Origin: Amphiscolops sp. MND2022
Lineage: Eukaryota
Assembly (NCBI GenBank): GCA_964187785.1
Contig: OZ076409.1
Coordinates: 19,842,001-19,906,000 of the forward strand
Direction: 5' to 3'
DNA: 64,000 nt
The notes beneath the pieces were generated by a model, which saw only the letters and a list, made by a program, of their open reading frames with translations, was not told the DNA's origin and did no database searches. Position numbers and translations under genes: made by a program. Position 1 is the first letter of the stretch. Every line of letters begins with the position of its first letter. Below are positions 11,710 through 23,900 of the stretch, piece by piece.

Positions 11710-13281
11710 TATAATTGTCTTCTTAATTTTCTGGATCAGTATAATGTGTTATTAGGACGCGGATTGTAGCGTTCTCAGCACTAAATTAAGTTCGAAACAG
11801 TAGAATCAATTTCAGAACATCAACCAGACAACTAAGTCTGGACACAGTTCTGAAAATCAATTATGCTGTTATTAATTATTGAAAAATCGATAGTAACAAT
11901 CCAAAGAAAAACACTGACACCAACTGTTTTGGAGGATGTTGCGGTTGGAAGACGGTTAATTTGTTTGATTTGGGTTAAAAGTAGGCACTAAGGAACCACG
12001 AGGGCGGTACAATACGGAAGTAGTGCATAACACGCAACGACGGTAGTAAAGAAGTTGTTTTGAACGTCAACCGGACAGTCAAGTCCGGACACTGTCCAAA
12101 ACTTGGATAAAAGTTGTTGCGACTTCAACCTGACAATGAAGTCTGGACACTGTCACAACAACAAGGCGTTTCGGAGGAAGAAACCTCACTCTGATTTGAC
12201 GCAGCGTTCTTCAAAGCTTTACGGGCACGTTTACTTGGCCGTTTAGGGCGACTTTTGGCTGTAATCTGGGCTAGATCGGTTTTTTTTGGAGAATGATGTC
12301 TAAATGTTTAAGTTCAAACTCAGGTCTCTGGTGTTTTGCCTTCAATTCGTTCAGAAATTTCGGATCATTTGTTTTCTTGTCGAAAAGAAATCGGTTTAAA
12401 TTCGGAAAACTTGAATGTTTTGCGTTTTTAGAACATCGGAAATGTCTGGCGTTCGAATTCGGTGGTAATACACAAGAGCCCGGAGTTTGTTTTCTAGAGA
12501 TTTCAAAACTTATAGTAACTCAGAAACAGACAGTGCTCGAAAATTATTGCTTTTATGTTTTGACAGGCTATTATTCAGCACATCATGCCAGATAACAATC
12601 TCAGTTTTTTCAGGGAAATTTTATAGGAACAAATTTTGAACAATTTTTTGCGGGTTTTTTGTGTGACAATTTAAACTAAGGCCCGGTATCGTGTAAATTT
12701 TTTCGTTGAAGGCTTTTCTTGTTTCGGGGGTTAATATATCAAGAGCGTGATGCAACGAGCTCGCACCCAAAATAAACACCATTACATTTTAAAATATAAT
12801 AATTGGTTTTTTCAAAGACTTTTTGATAACCCACAAAGTTGTCTTTTTTTTCAAAGTGAAAATTGGTTGTGTTTAATCAAAGGTTTCTTTTAAAAGCCTT
12901 GCTATCGGAAAGGCAAAAATCTGAGAAATGACATCACACAGTAAAATATAGTTCAAGTTTTTGATTGTCAAAGTTTGTTTGTTTCTCCCTTTTTTTTACT
13001 CACGACCAGGGATGCTATGTGGGTTCACGGGTACGATTTTACTTTCGGAGCTGCTTAGGTTGACAATCTCGTGCGTTCGGGGCCAGAGTTTACCTTGTGA
13101 GAGGCGGGGGGAGCTTTTTTCACGGCTGGTTTCTTCATAGCGGCGGCCTTTTTGACTGGAGACTTCTTGGCAGCTTAGTGCTTGGCTGCGCTCTTGGCTT
13201 TCGGCTTATTGGGCGATTTGGCTGCCTTGGGTTTAGCTGCGACTTTGGAGGGAGAAGGAATGAAGTTCTGATCAGGGAAAA

Positions 13282-13889
13282 AAGGGTTTACTCCAAGACG
13301 ACTTGTCTGACCCCACAATAAATGTCACTGGTTTCTTAACCTCAGTCAGTCCATTTTTCTCCTCTAGCTGATGAAGGGGGATGAACCAATTCAGTTGAGC
13401 CCTACACTCGTGATCAAAGATGGATAACAACTTTGTGTCTGTAACAGCTGCTGAAGTCACGGAGTGAACAATGCCTCTCAATGGCCACCATTTTAAAACC
13501 TTTGTTCTCGATAACTAAGGTTCGGATACAAAAAGACTAACAGAACGATATTTATTGAACTCGCATTAAAATAATTTGGAATATTCTAGAATATTGAAGA
13601 TCAAGATAACAATGAATTGAATGAGAAGAATTATCACCGCCAAAACGAAAATTTGATCACACAAACATGAGAATATGAGTCCCTTTTGAATCTGAATAGC
13701 AGGGCTTTTTCGAGAGTATTTTCAAGGTAATTTTACCAAAATCGGAAAAATATTTCCAAAAAATGAAATATTTTACATGTCCGGGAATCGAACCCACAAA
13801 CTAAGGCTTGAAAGTCTAATCTTTTTACCACTCGGCCATAGCGCCGTATCATTTGTTTGTTTTAAATTAACGATATTGCTACCGCAACA
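13282..13889 (-). repeat. BEL 5' LTR
   Basis: Direct repeat of 4562-5167; starts TGTTGCGGTAG on the minus strand. Confidence 0.85.
13775..13845 (-). promoter_or_regulatory. tRNA-derived Pol III cassette inside the BEL 5' LTR
   Basis: Same A-box and B-box sequence as 5053-5123. Confidence 0.8.
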
Positions 13890-14129
13890 ACCTGAGGCAC
13901 TTCTGTACCTTTGTTTAAGGTAAGTAACTTTTGACTTTAAAACTCCTGAAAACACTCTTTGCGGAACAAGCTTTTCTCGAGCCGAAATGAGCTATGAAAG
14001 TTATGAGGTGGGTACTCTTTGACCAAATGAATGTTTCGGGAAAAAAAGACGCATAGCCAGAAAAGAAAGCTGAAAAAACGTGTTTTCCACGATCATTGAG
14101 AAAACTCATCAAATCCACAGTATCGATAA

Positions 14130-14586
14130 ATAACAAAAAAGTCACTTTAAAGATTGGGGAAACTTGTTTCCTTCACGGAACACGTCAGATGGTAAGTCTC
14201 ATAGTGCCGAAAAAAAACTATGTGACCTTCTATGCTCGAAAAACCCTTTGTTTCTGTTGAAAACTGAGGGAGGGAGATTAGGTTTGGAAAAAATCTGGAA
14301 AAAGTAGCATAGTGCCGAAAAAATTCTAAAGGGGCACCCTTTGGTCTCCCTCTACTTTGGAAACATTAAAAAAAAATTTGGTTTATTGCGAGACTCGAAC
14401 TCTAGTATCCCTGCTTCCTAGACCTCGTCGCCAGTCGCCAGGTCGGAAAATCCGCTTAACCGCGACTGACTTTGCCAAAATTGAAGAACTTTTTGTAGAA
14501 CTGTTTTGGCTAGTTCAACTGAATCGAAAAAAAACCGACTAAAAGCTATGACTATAGTCGGTATTTTCTGTAGAAAAGCGCCCACT
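14130..14586 (-). mobile_element. HINE/DINE-1-like element fragments truncating the gypsy 5' LTR
   Basis: Family internal repeat CATAGTGCCGAAAA and reversed left-end motif TATAGTCGG..AAAAGCGCCCACT. Confidence 0.55.
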
Positions 14587-17500
14587 GTCTAGTCCAAATG
14601 ATTGTTGTTGACTAAAAAAACTCAAATACATATTTAATTAGAAACTTTAAAATATACAATTAGTGTCTACAATTCAGTCAGTGTATTGTAGATATTCTCT
14701 TAACATATTCTGTTTAACCAAACCCTTAGTTAGTGAGGAGGATAGAACGTGGCGCAGTCAGAAACATTTTGAACAAAGTTTAACTTTTTTGAACTAGAAA
14801 CATGACAGAAAAAACACAGCACCGAACCTAGAAGCAAGGGTTTCGGCCGGAAACGCAATTTCCTACCGAGGTTAAAATGATTGCGGCAATTTACTAAACG
14901 GGAACTCAAAATAGACATTGCACCAATAGTAAAATGAGAAGACATTACCGATTCCGGATGCACCGGAAAAGAACAACAACTCCGGGAAGACCGCATCTAG
15001 GGAGTTGGAGCCGAAGCGCTGTATCAAATAACCCATGCCGAGTATAAAACGGAACCGGAAAACATCAAAATTAAAGACCTGATCCGGTTATTCACCTAGT
15101 ACTACTTGCCGAAACGCAAAACTTACCTCAACCGCGGAGACTTCTTTTGGGCAAAACAAATAGAAGAAGAAACGCCCGAAGAATTTTGGAGAAGACTGAT
15201 CGAAATCGAAAAAGAGTGCAAACTTAGCGAAATCTCAGCCGGAAAACTACTGATATGCAAGTAAATGACAGAAATCCCCGATAAAACATCACGGTACCAA
15301 ATGATGAAAAAGAAGACACTAGAGCTGAAAAAGACGATTGAAAAAGACTATTTGGACAAAACACATACGAAAAGAAAAACAAGAAAAATACAAAACCGGA
15401 GGCGTCAATTTGGAGAAACGAAAGACGCACAATCACAAGAACCGATACAAAGAATGGAAAAATTCGGTGTGAGACCAAAAACTACCAACAGGAACTAGAC
15501 CACGCAGATTTTGCAGGGCACCGAACTGGACACCATTACATGAGTGTCCAGCTTTAGAAACAAAATGTAACAAGTGCGGAAAAAAGGACACTACGCAGAA
15601 GTGTGTAGACAGAAACACACTAACAACAACTGAACAGTGAAAAGACTGACCGAAGAAAAAACCGACGAATGCGATGAAACGTCAAGTGAATCCGAAGAAA
15701 GTGTACACCACATAAAACAATACAGAAATCGAAAAAAAGAATAAACACAATACGGCAACAGTGGAAACAAGCGGGTTAAAGAAAAAGTTCATAATCATTA
15801 CCGGATCAGGGATAACGATAGTACCGCAGGATTAAAAGATACTGAAACTAACAAACTAACCGGAAGACAAAGGATCACGATTTGATGGTTACCAAGATGT
15901 GAACAAGACCGAAGTAAAATTCCGGGGAAAGATTCCGGTAGACATGGAATTTGGGATTAACAAACGGAATTTGGAAATCCAAATAACCAAAAGAACAGCT
16001 ATACCACCTTAACCCGGGATGCACTGGATGAGGGAATTCAAAATAACAATCGGCAGAATACAATCGGCAGAATACAATCGGCCGAGAACAGCCGATCAGA
16101 ACGCGTGAAAGAATGCAACAAAATTGTTGAGAACAACGAAACAAGAAAAGATACCAAAATAAAAATCCCGTTTTAGACGGGACATTACCGTCAAACAAAA
16201 AACTAGACCGGTACCACTACACTTACAAGAAGTGTCTGGGCGCGAACTTGAAAAGCTGATTAAATCCGGACATCTAGACAAAGTTGTCTCGTATCACCAT
16301 GAAAAGCGACAAAAGGGTAAAAATAGCCTTAGATTCACGGAAATGAAATGATAGTTGCATGAAATTGAGACCACATATGCCAAACATGGAGGAGCTAATA
16401 AATAAAATTTTGGTAGAAATAACACGCAACCGAACGGTACAACTATTCATATCAAAAATAGACATGGACTATGCATACGGACAGATGGAATTATCCGAAC
16501 AAAAAAGTCGACAATGCGTATTCGCCATAACCGGAAGGAACGTCAGCGGATACTACAAACAAAAAAATTGCCGGCCTTGCCGATATACCTTAAAATTTCA
16601 AAAAATGACCGAACACTCCGATATAGCACACCGGCTTAGTTAGACGACATATTCGTAGTAACCCGAGGAAAAACAAGTCCCCGATAAAAAATCTTTCACA
16701 TCCTGAAGAAACTGGAGAAAACCGGATACCCAGCTAGCAAAAAAATCCGAATACGTCAAGAACCAAACAAAGTCGCTGGGAAACGAGATTGATGGAAACG
16801 GAATAAAACCAAACGAAGCAAAAGTAGAAGCTTATAACTGAACCTACCAAAAAATACAAAAAAACTGATAACATTCTCGGAGCAATGCAATATAAGACAA
16901 AATTCCTAATGAAACTTCCAAAAGGAACGGATCGACTCCGGAAACTTTTGGAGAAAAAAGGAAACCTGGAATTCGGGAACCGAACAACAAGAAGACTTCG
17001 GAAAGATAACATGGATGTTTACCGAAGGCCCTTGTCTAATACACTATGCAAAGGATAAAGACAACATAGTAACGACCAAGACTAGCACAACCGGATTGGG
17101 AAATACACTACAGCAAAAACAAAATGGAAGAAATACAAAACCGATCGCAGCCAGTATTTGGATGAAAAGGAAAAGAAATACTTAATGGGCAATCTAAAAA
17201 GACTGGCGATGGTCTGCGGATTACAAAAATTCCAGTTTTACTTATATGGAAAGAAAGTCCATCTCAATACTGATCACCAAGCATTAGAACCACTGATAAT
17301 AATAAATCCAACCTACAAAGGGTACAGCGCAAGATTAACGAGATGGTTGGACCGTCTAACTCATTTTGATATATCAATACAGCATACCGCAGGCAGCCAT
17401 TTGAAATTTACCGACTATCTCTGCAGAAATACGGTAGGGGTAGCCATGACGAAAAAACATTATGATGAAGAATACGTTATTAACATACTTGCCAAAAAAA

Positions 17501-20295
17501 GCTAACATAAACTTGAAATACGGACAACTGTTCGCGGACCAATCAGAGCAAAACGATAACCGAAAGAACAAAGAATGATTCTGAAAAGAGAATTGAGCAA
17601 AGAACAGAACAATCACACTTGAATACAACATTAAAGAACAAAAAACACGTGTACAAAACCCAACAAAACAAAACAACAACATCCGGGCAGTCAGGTATTA
17701 CCTTTTTGAAAAGCGGTCAATCATTAAAAGACAACGACCACGAAAAAATTGACAGAAAAAACTTTTACCACTTGGGAGCTACCAGAGAAATAATGGATAT
17801 CCGGAAAAGAAAAAAAACAGCCCCGAGACAACAAGACTGGTAGAGCAACGAAACGCCCTAGCCCGGCCAGGTACATTGAGACGCCGGTGCGATAATCAGA
17901 CACAAAGAACTGTATTTGCACCATCCCGGCCGAATTGACTTGACGATGGAGAGAAAAACTCGCCGAAATTGATGCGGAACTCATCCGGAGGGCAAACGAA
18001 ATTGTAGGAGGCTATCAAGCGATAGTAATTGAAGAAGAAAACGAACTGCGAGAAGTACGGGAAGAAGGAGAAATGGAAAAAGAGACGGCCGAAACTGAAG
18101 AGGACAGTGTAATCATGAGGGGCGACAATCTATCAATTGTCAATTTGACGAAGTACAACACTGTTAAGAAAGAAGCCAAGTAGATACAAATTAACCACAT
18201 CGTCAGGAAACTTACCACCAACAAGAGAGCAACTCAAGACCACATGAAGAAAGCTGAGTTCGAGTTCATGATGGACTTAAAACCCCTGATCCCTAAAACG
18301 GCAGTTGACCAGGAACTGACTCGAGTTGGAAACATCATGCGCCGAGAGGACAGAGAAACAGGTTCGAAAAGTTTCCAAGCAGTTTCTGAAAACTATCAGA
18401 TGTGGCCTCATACGTTTCGACGGCCAAATCGTCATTCCTTGGACGCCGACTACTAGATATTTTGCATTTCAGTCACTCCGGCTTTACAAAAATTACGTCC
18501 CAAGCGAAGATATCTTGGTAGCCGGACATGAAGCAAGACATCGAAAGTAAAGTGAAGGACTGCACAGCATGCCAGCATCAGGTAAAAGTCTTAAACAGCA
18601 ATTACGGAAAAAAACACTACAAAAAGTTTGAAAAACTAACAGACACTGTCCAAGAAATACCAATTGATTTCAGCAGAAAACTACATAAAATATTCACACA
18701 GCGAAGTACAAATACTGATCGTGGTAGATAGATTTAGCTAATGGCCTACCGTAAAAATTTGTAGAACCTCGGAAACAAAAAAGGTGATAAATTTCTTATC
18801 GAGCAATTTCAACCTGTAAGGAATACCGGAGAAGATAAAATCCGACAAAGTGGGAGCATAATATAGACAATTTTGCAAATGCGGAAACATTGAAATAGAA
18901 TACTGCACACCCGAATGTACACCGGAAACGGAGTAGTGAAAGATCAATACAAACACTAAGAAACTTGATAATAGCGAAAATGGAGGACGGAATAAATGTA
19001 TCCGAAAGTGTGAGTCCAGCGCTACAGGTAATGAGTTTTACAATAAATACGGGAATTAAAAAAACACCGTTCGAACTACATCACGGAAGAAAACCGAAAA
19101 CCGAAATAACGAATATCGTTAAAGACGGAAAAATATATTCGTGTATTTGGTCGTAAATGTATACTTCAGCACCAAACAGATTGAAGATTCCAGTTTATGT
19201 GGGCGGTGATTCGGAAAAAGAGATTACCAACCACATAATAACGGCGAGGACCAAAATAAACGATGAACACCTCAGTGAAGGTCCAAAATCACCGAAGAAG
19301 AAGAAAAATTCGACTTGATATCTTGTTGAAAAGAAATATAACAAAAAAGCATTGGAAGAGAAATTCCAAAACAAATTACAAACCGCAGTGAGCGGGACCG
19401 AAAGTACCGTAAAAACAGATACCGAAAAGTGTTAAACCAAATTGTTATTTCGAGACCATTATTTCAGACCGAACGAAGAGTAAGAAAAGTACCCGCCATG
19501 AGCCGGTTGGTGAAATCAACCCGAAGAACAGGCACTGCTTGCGGGGTCTGGAAGGCAAATCCGGACGATGGGACGAAATATTCCGTGACATTTTGAACGG
19601 GAAATTGAAGATCGTCCAAAACCGAAAAATTACGGGAAGTGCCACTGATGAAGACTACGTTGATGAAGACGAGAAGGAAAGCCTGGAGGAGACCGGGCCT
19701 CCGTAAGTCTACAGCACTTCCGAACGCGACGGAAGATATGCACTCATACGGACGAATCCGGAAGAGGATGCATTACAAATCCACACCTAACAGTGAGGTA
19801 TCTATTGAGAATTTAGAAACAATCATGAGACGATCGAACCGAAATAGTAGAAAACCAAATAGATACGGCAGTATACCATAGACCGGAAACGTTTGTGGTT
19901 AGAAATATAAAGCTGAATACACATTGTCTATATTACAGGTAATCTCTGGATCAGACTTAAAAGGACGCCACAACCAGAAGAAATACAAAAGCCATCAGAC
20001 ATCTTTCCCGGAGCTGCAACGTCACCGGGACCATCGAACCGAAACTAGGGAGAAAAGAAAGAGGGGGAAATGTCATATTCGGTTCATTCCGTTCCTGCCT
20101 TCTACTGAGTTTCGGTTCATAAACTGTCAAAAACTGTCTAGTCCACCTGATTGTTGTTGATAAACAAAACTGAAATACATATTTAATTGGATACTTTATT
20201 ATATACATTTAGTATCGATGATACAGTCAGTGAACTATAGATATTCTCTCAACACAATCTTTTTAACCAAACCCTTAGCTAGTGAGAATAGAACA
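14584..20295 (+). mobile_element. Ty3/gypsy LTR retrotransposon, old and heavily mutated (related to 55515-61353)
   Basis: Partial 5' LTR to 14749, PBS TGGCGCAGTCA at 14750, RT fragment MPNMEELI..ISKIDMDYAYGQ, RNase H TDHQALEP..RLTRWLDRL, integrase fragments, PPT 20048-20070, 3' LTR TG..CA 20071-20295. Confidence 0.9.
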
Positions 20296-20931
20296 GTACC
20301 TCAAAAAAGAAATTTCTCACAATTTAGACTATCCGTTCCTAGAATCCAAAACAGCCATCCAGATATATTCCTGGCAGTTACGAAACGTTTTGAAAGAGGT
20401 ATTTTGGAGGTACGACATTCAACACCTGAATGAAACGGTTGCATAATAACTTCTGTGAACCAATGTGAGATTCTTCGAATCGCCAATTGGGGGATCAGGA
20501 AACAGTCTGGTTGTTTTCCAGACCTCAGAAGGTGTCTGAAAATTCCACTTCTTACAAATTTATAGCCTAACTTCTGATGAGCAGCAAAATTTCAAAGCAA
20601 TAGAATGTAAGCAGCTTCATAATATGAAATTTGATGTTCAATAATAACCTATTCTTGAACATCAAATTTCATACTAAGTAACCAGCCATTTTCACATTGT
20701 TCGATATCGGATAAGATACGAATTGTAGCGATTTTCGGACTACATTTACCAAACATACTAAAATAGCAAATGGTGATTGAAAGATGGCTTTGGAAGACTT
20801 GGTGTGTTTCCAACCTCAAAAGCTACAGGTTGCTATAAAGCTGTAGTTTCTGAGTTTTGCCGAGATCCACTGGACATTGAGTAACGGCCATGACGTACTG
20901 GTATGAAATAGACTATAGAATAGACAATAGA

Positions 20932-23900
20932 AAGCAAAGAAGACATATTTCACGAGTTGTTCATACATTTAATGAAAGCAGAAATCTCGATAAAAAGTAG
21001 AAGTTATACTTGCTATGACTTCTAGCTCAAGAAAATAAATACGTTTTCGTCAGCTGTAAATAGGAATACATGTCTAACGAGTAAAATTACTATTCTCTCT
21101 GGGTTGGTATACCACCAGCTATTTCCTTGCTGAACCTATGAAACTTGACCCTCCCAAAGGCTTTGGTCAAAACGTCCGCTGTCATGTTTTCGATTGGCAG
21201 AACTTAACTCCTAAAACCTTTTCGTCTATTTAATCTTGCAAGAAATGTAGCTTGATGGCGAAATGTTTAACTTTTTAGGAATTGACAGCGTTTTTAGTCA
21301 TTGCTATACAAGCCTGATTGTCAACGAAGACAGGACTCGGTAATGATTTGCTCATATCACGCTCTGCACCTAGCTCTCTCAGAAAAATCAATTCTTGTGT
21401 TACTGCAAAAAGAGCAGTAGCTTCAGCTTCGGCAGTAGACGCGGCTACTGTTGATTGCAGCTTTGAGTTCCAACTAATAGCACCTGAAGTCTTCGTTCAG
21501 AAAAAACAGTAGCCACTAGTTGATTTTCTTCAATCTACTTTACCGTCCCAGTCAGCATCGCTATAGCCTACAATTCTCATTTGGTCCGCTCTCTCGTAAA
21601 TCAACTTCCTATTCTTCGTAGCCTTCAAATATCGCACAACGTGCTTAGCTTCATTCGAATGCTGCCTTCCAGGGCTTTGAACAAACCTACTATGAGATCT
21701 TACGACAAAAGTTATGTCAGGACTTGGAGTGTTGACTCAGTAGTTGAGACGACCAATTGAACCTCTGTAGTTACAACACTTCAGTTCTTTTCTTCTTTAA
21801 TGCCCTTTGAAGGACAATCAACACTGCTGATAAGGATTTTTTCTCCCGCTTGAATAGACAAGTCTCCCTCTGATTCCAATGCTTGTCAAAAATCTTATAA
21901 GGTAAAGAACCAATTTCGTCCCGATTGTTTTTGTCCGTACAACGATTTTTTTAATTTGCAAACCAAATTCTCGCCGTCTTTCAACACTTCGAAACCTAAC
22001 AGTTGTTGAACAAAGATTTCTTCGTCTATCTCTGCGTTGAGATAAGCTGTCTTCACATCTAATTGCTTCAACGTTATGTCTTGTTGTACCGCAAAACTCA
22101 GTAAAAATCTAAGAGTCACCATTCTCACTGTGGGACTATAAGTTTTCTTCGAAATCTACGCCTCTGGCGACATATCGTACCTTATACTTTAGTATTTTGC
22201 CGTTTCCAACTCGTTTTAATGAGAAATGCCATTTTCCGCCAATTAAATTCACGTTCTTAGGAAGTTTGGTTAATTCCCAAACTTTATTTTTTTCAAGGTG
22301 CTAAAACTCGTCATTCATAGCTTGATATCAATCTGGAATGGATAACACTTCTTCAACGGTTTTCAGTACTTCGGGGTCTACGAAACTTATGTGAACCGAT
22401 AGTTGATTTTCGAGTTCGAACGAAAAATTTTGTTTAGCTGGCACACTAGTACCTGGTTCGTATCTAATTTGCCTTCTATATCTGGTTCTAACCTCATGTT
22501 CTTCTAATTCTGTCAACACAATTCCAACATCTCTGTTTTTAGCTGTCCAACACTTCCTTTCATCTATCTCGAATTTAATGTCTTCGTCATTCGTAAAACT
22601 TTGCCCATGAAACCTTTCCAAGCTTGAAAAATCTCTCTCGTTGAACTATACATTTCGGGTTTGCAGCAATGTCTCTAAAATTCCAAAAATCTCTCAAAAC
22701 TACCAATCAGGTCGGTTTTTGAATAGCTACTATAACCTAGCAAAATTCCATCTTCTGCTCGACTGTCGAACTATTTTCGTTTCTCTTTCTCTACGAAAGC
22801 AAATGCTATGCAGCTGAAAACCTTCAGATGCTATAGATCTGGCGGTTTTCCAAAGAACTTCTCGAATGGTGTCTTACAATGTGAGGAGTGAATTCACCTG
22901 TTTTTTGTGGAAGGTCTCTCTAATTGCAAAAGACCAAAACGTTTCTTTTAAGTTCGGAGTCTTTAACATACATCTCACGATAGCGCCGATGGTACTGCAT
23001 ATTTTTTCAACTTTCTCATTTTCTTCGGGAATGTACGTAGCGGTGAATTTTCGACGAATATGGTTTCTCAAACAAACTTCTGCAATCTTACGAAGCTTGA
23101 GTTCTTTCGCGTTATCGCTCACAATTTTACGTGGCTTCCCTAACTCAGCAAGAAAAATTCTAGTTTCGGTGCAACTTCGTCTTTTATTTTTCTGCAAATA
23201 GACAGCACTTAACGGACTAAAACTATCAACAAAGGCCAAAGAAGATTTGAATACGTCGACTGATTCAATTGGTTCGGTCGAAATGTCAACATGAACTATT
23301 TCCAGTGGTTTCGATGCTCGTGTACCTACAGTTTTACATATAGGACTACGTCTCGCTTTTTGAGTGTTACAGACATCACACTCGTCGTCTTTGTCCAGAA
23401 AGTTCAATTTTTCAGTCTGCTTTGATAATTTCCGAATGTCTATCTTTTTGTTATTGCCTAAACGTTCTACCATAACTGCAGTGTTTCTTCAGCAGTGTTG
23501 TTTACTTCGAATTTTGTAGCACGCAAAAAGAACAGATTGTTCCGACTATATAAAGAAAAACCATCATTTTTAATCTCAATCCTGGGTTTCTCATCAAGTA
23601 TTACTTTCGCGTCCGCGACGTTCAATCTTTTGATTGAGATCAAGTTTTCGAATACTAGGGCACATGCAGAGCATTTTCTAGAGCTACTTTCGTATTGTTC
23701 AGCGACTATTTTTGGCGAAACACTTTTTTACCTCTACCTTCAACGACAGACTCAGTGCCGTTTGCACAAGATACTTTTCCTTTCTGGGACGTTTCTAGAT
23801 AACTGAATAGTTCTATATCTTTCATCATATGACTTGTGTAGCCACTGTCTATCAAAACTTCGAAATGAGAGTCCTCCTCACGTTTATCGGTCCGTATCGT

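Larger units (their letters stand above)
4562..13889 (-). mobile_element. BEL/Pao LTR retrotransposon, decayed
   Basis: About 605-bp direct repeats at 4562-5167 and 13282-13889 beginning TGTTGCGG on the minus strand. PPT GGGCCCGGAGGA abuts the 3' LTR. BEL gag-PR-RT-RH-IN domain order. No TSD or PBS found. Confidence 0.92.

Noticed and set aside
4535..13894. Target-site duplication for the BEL element
   Set aside because: Right flank ACCTG has no match at any candidate left boundary (4540, 4547, 4562).
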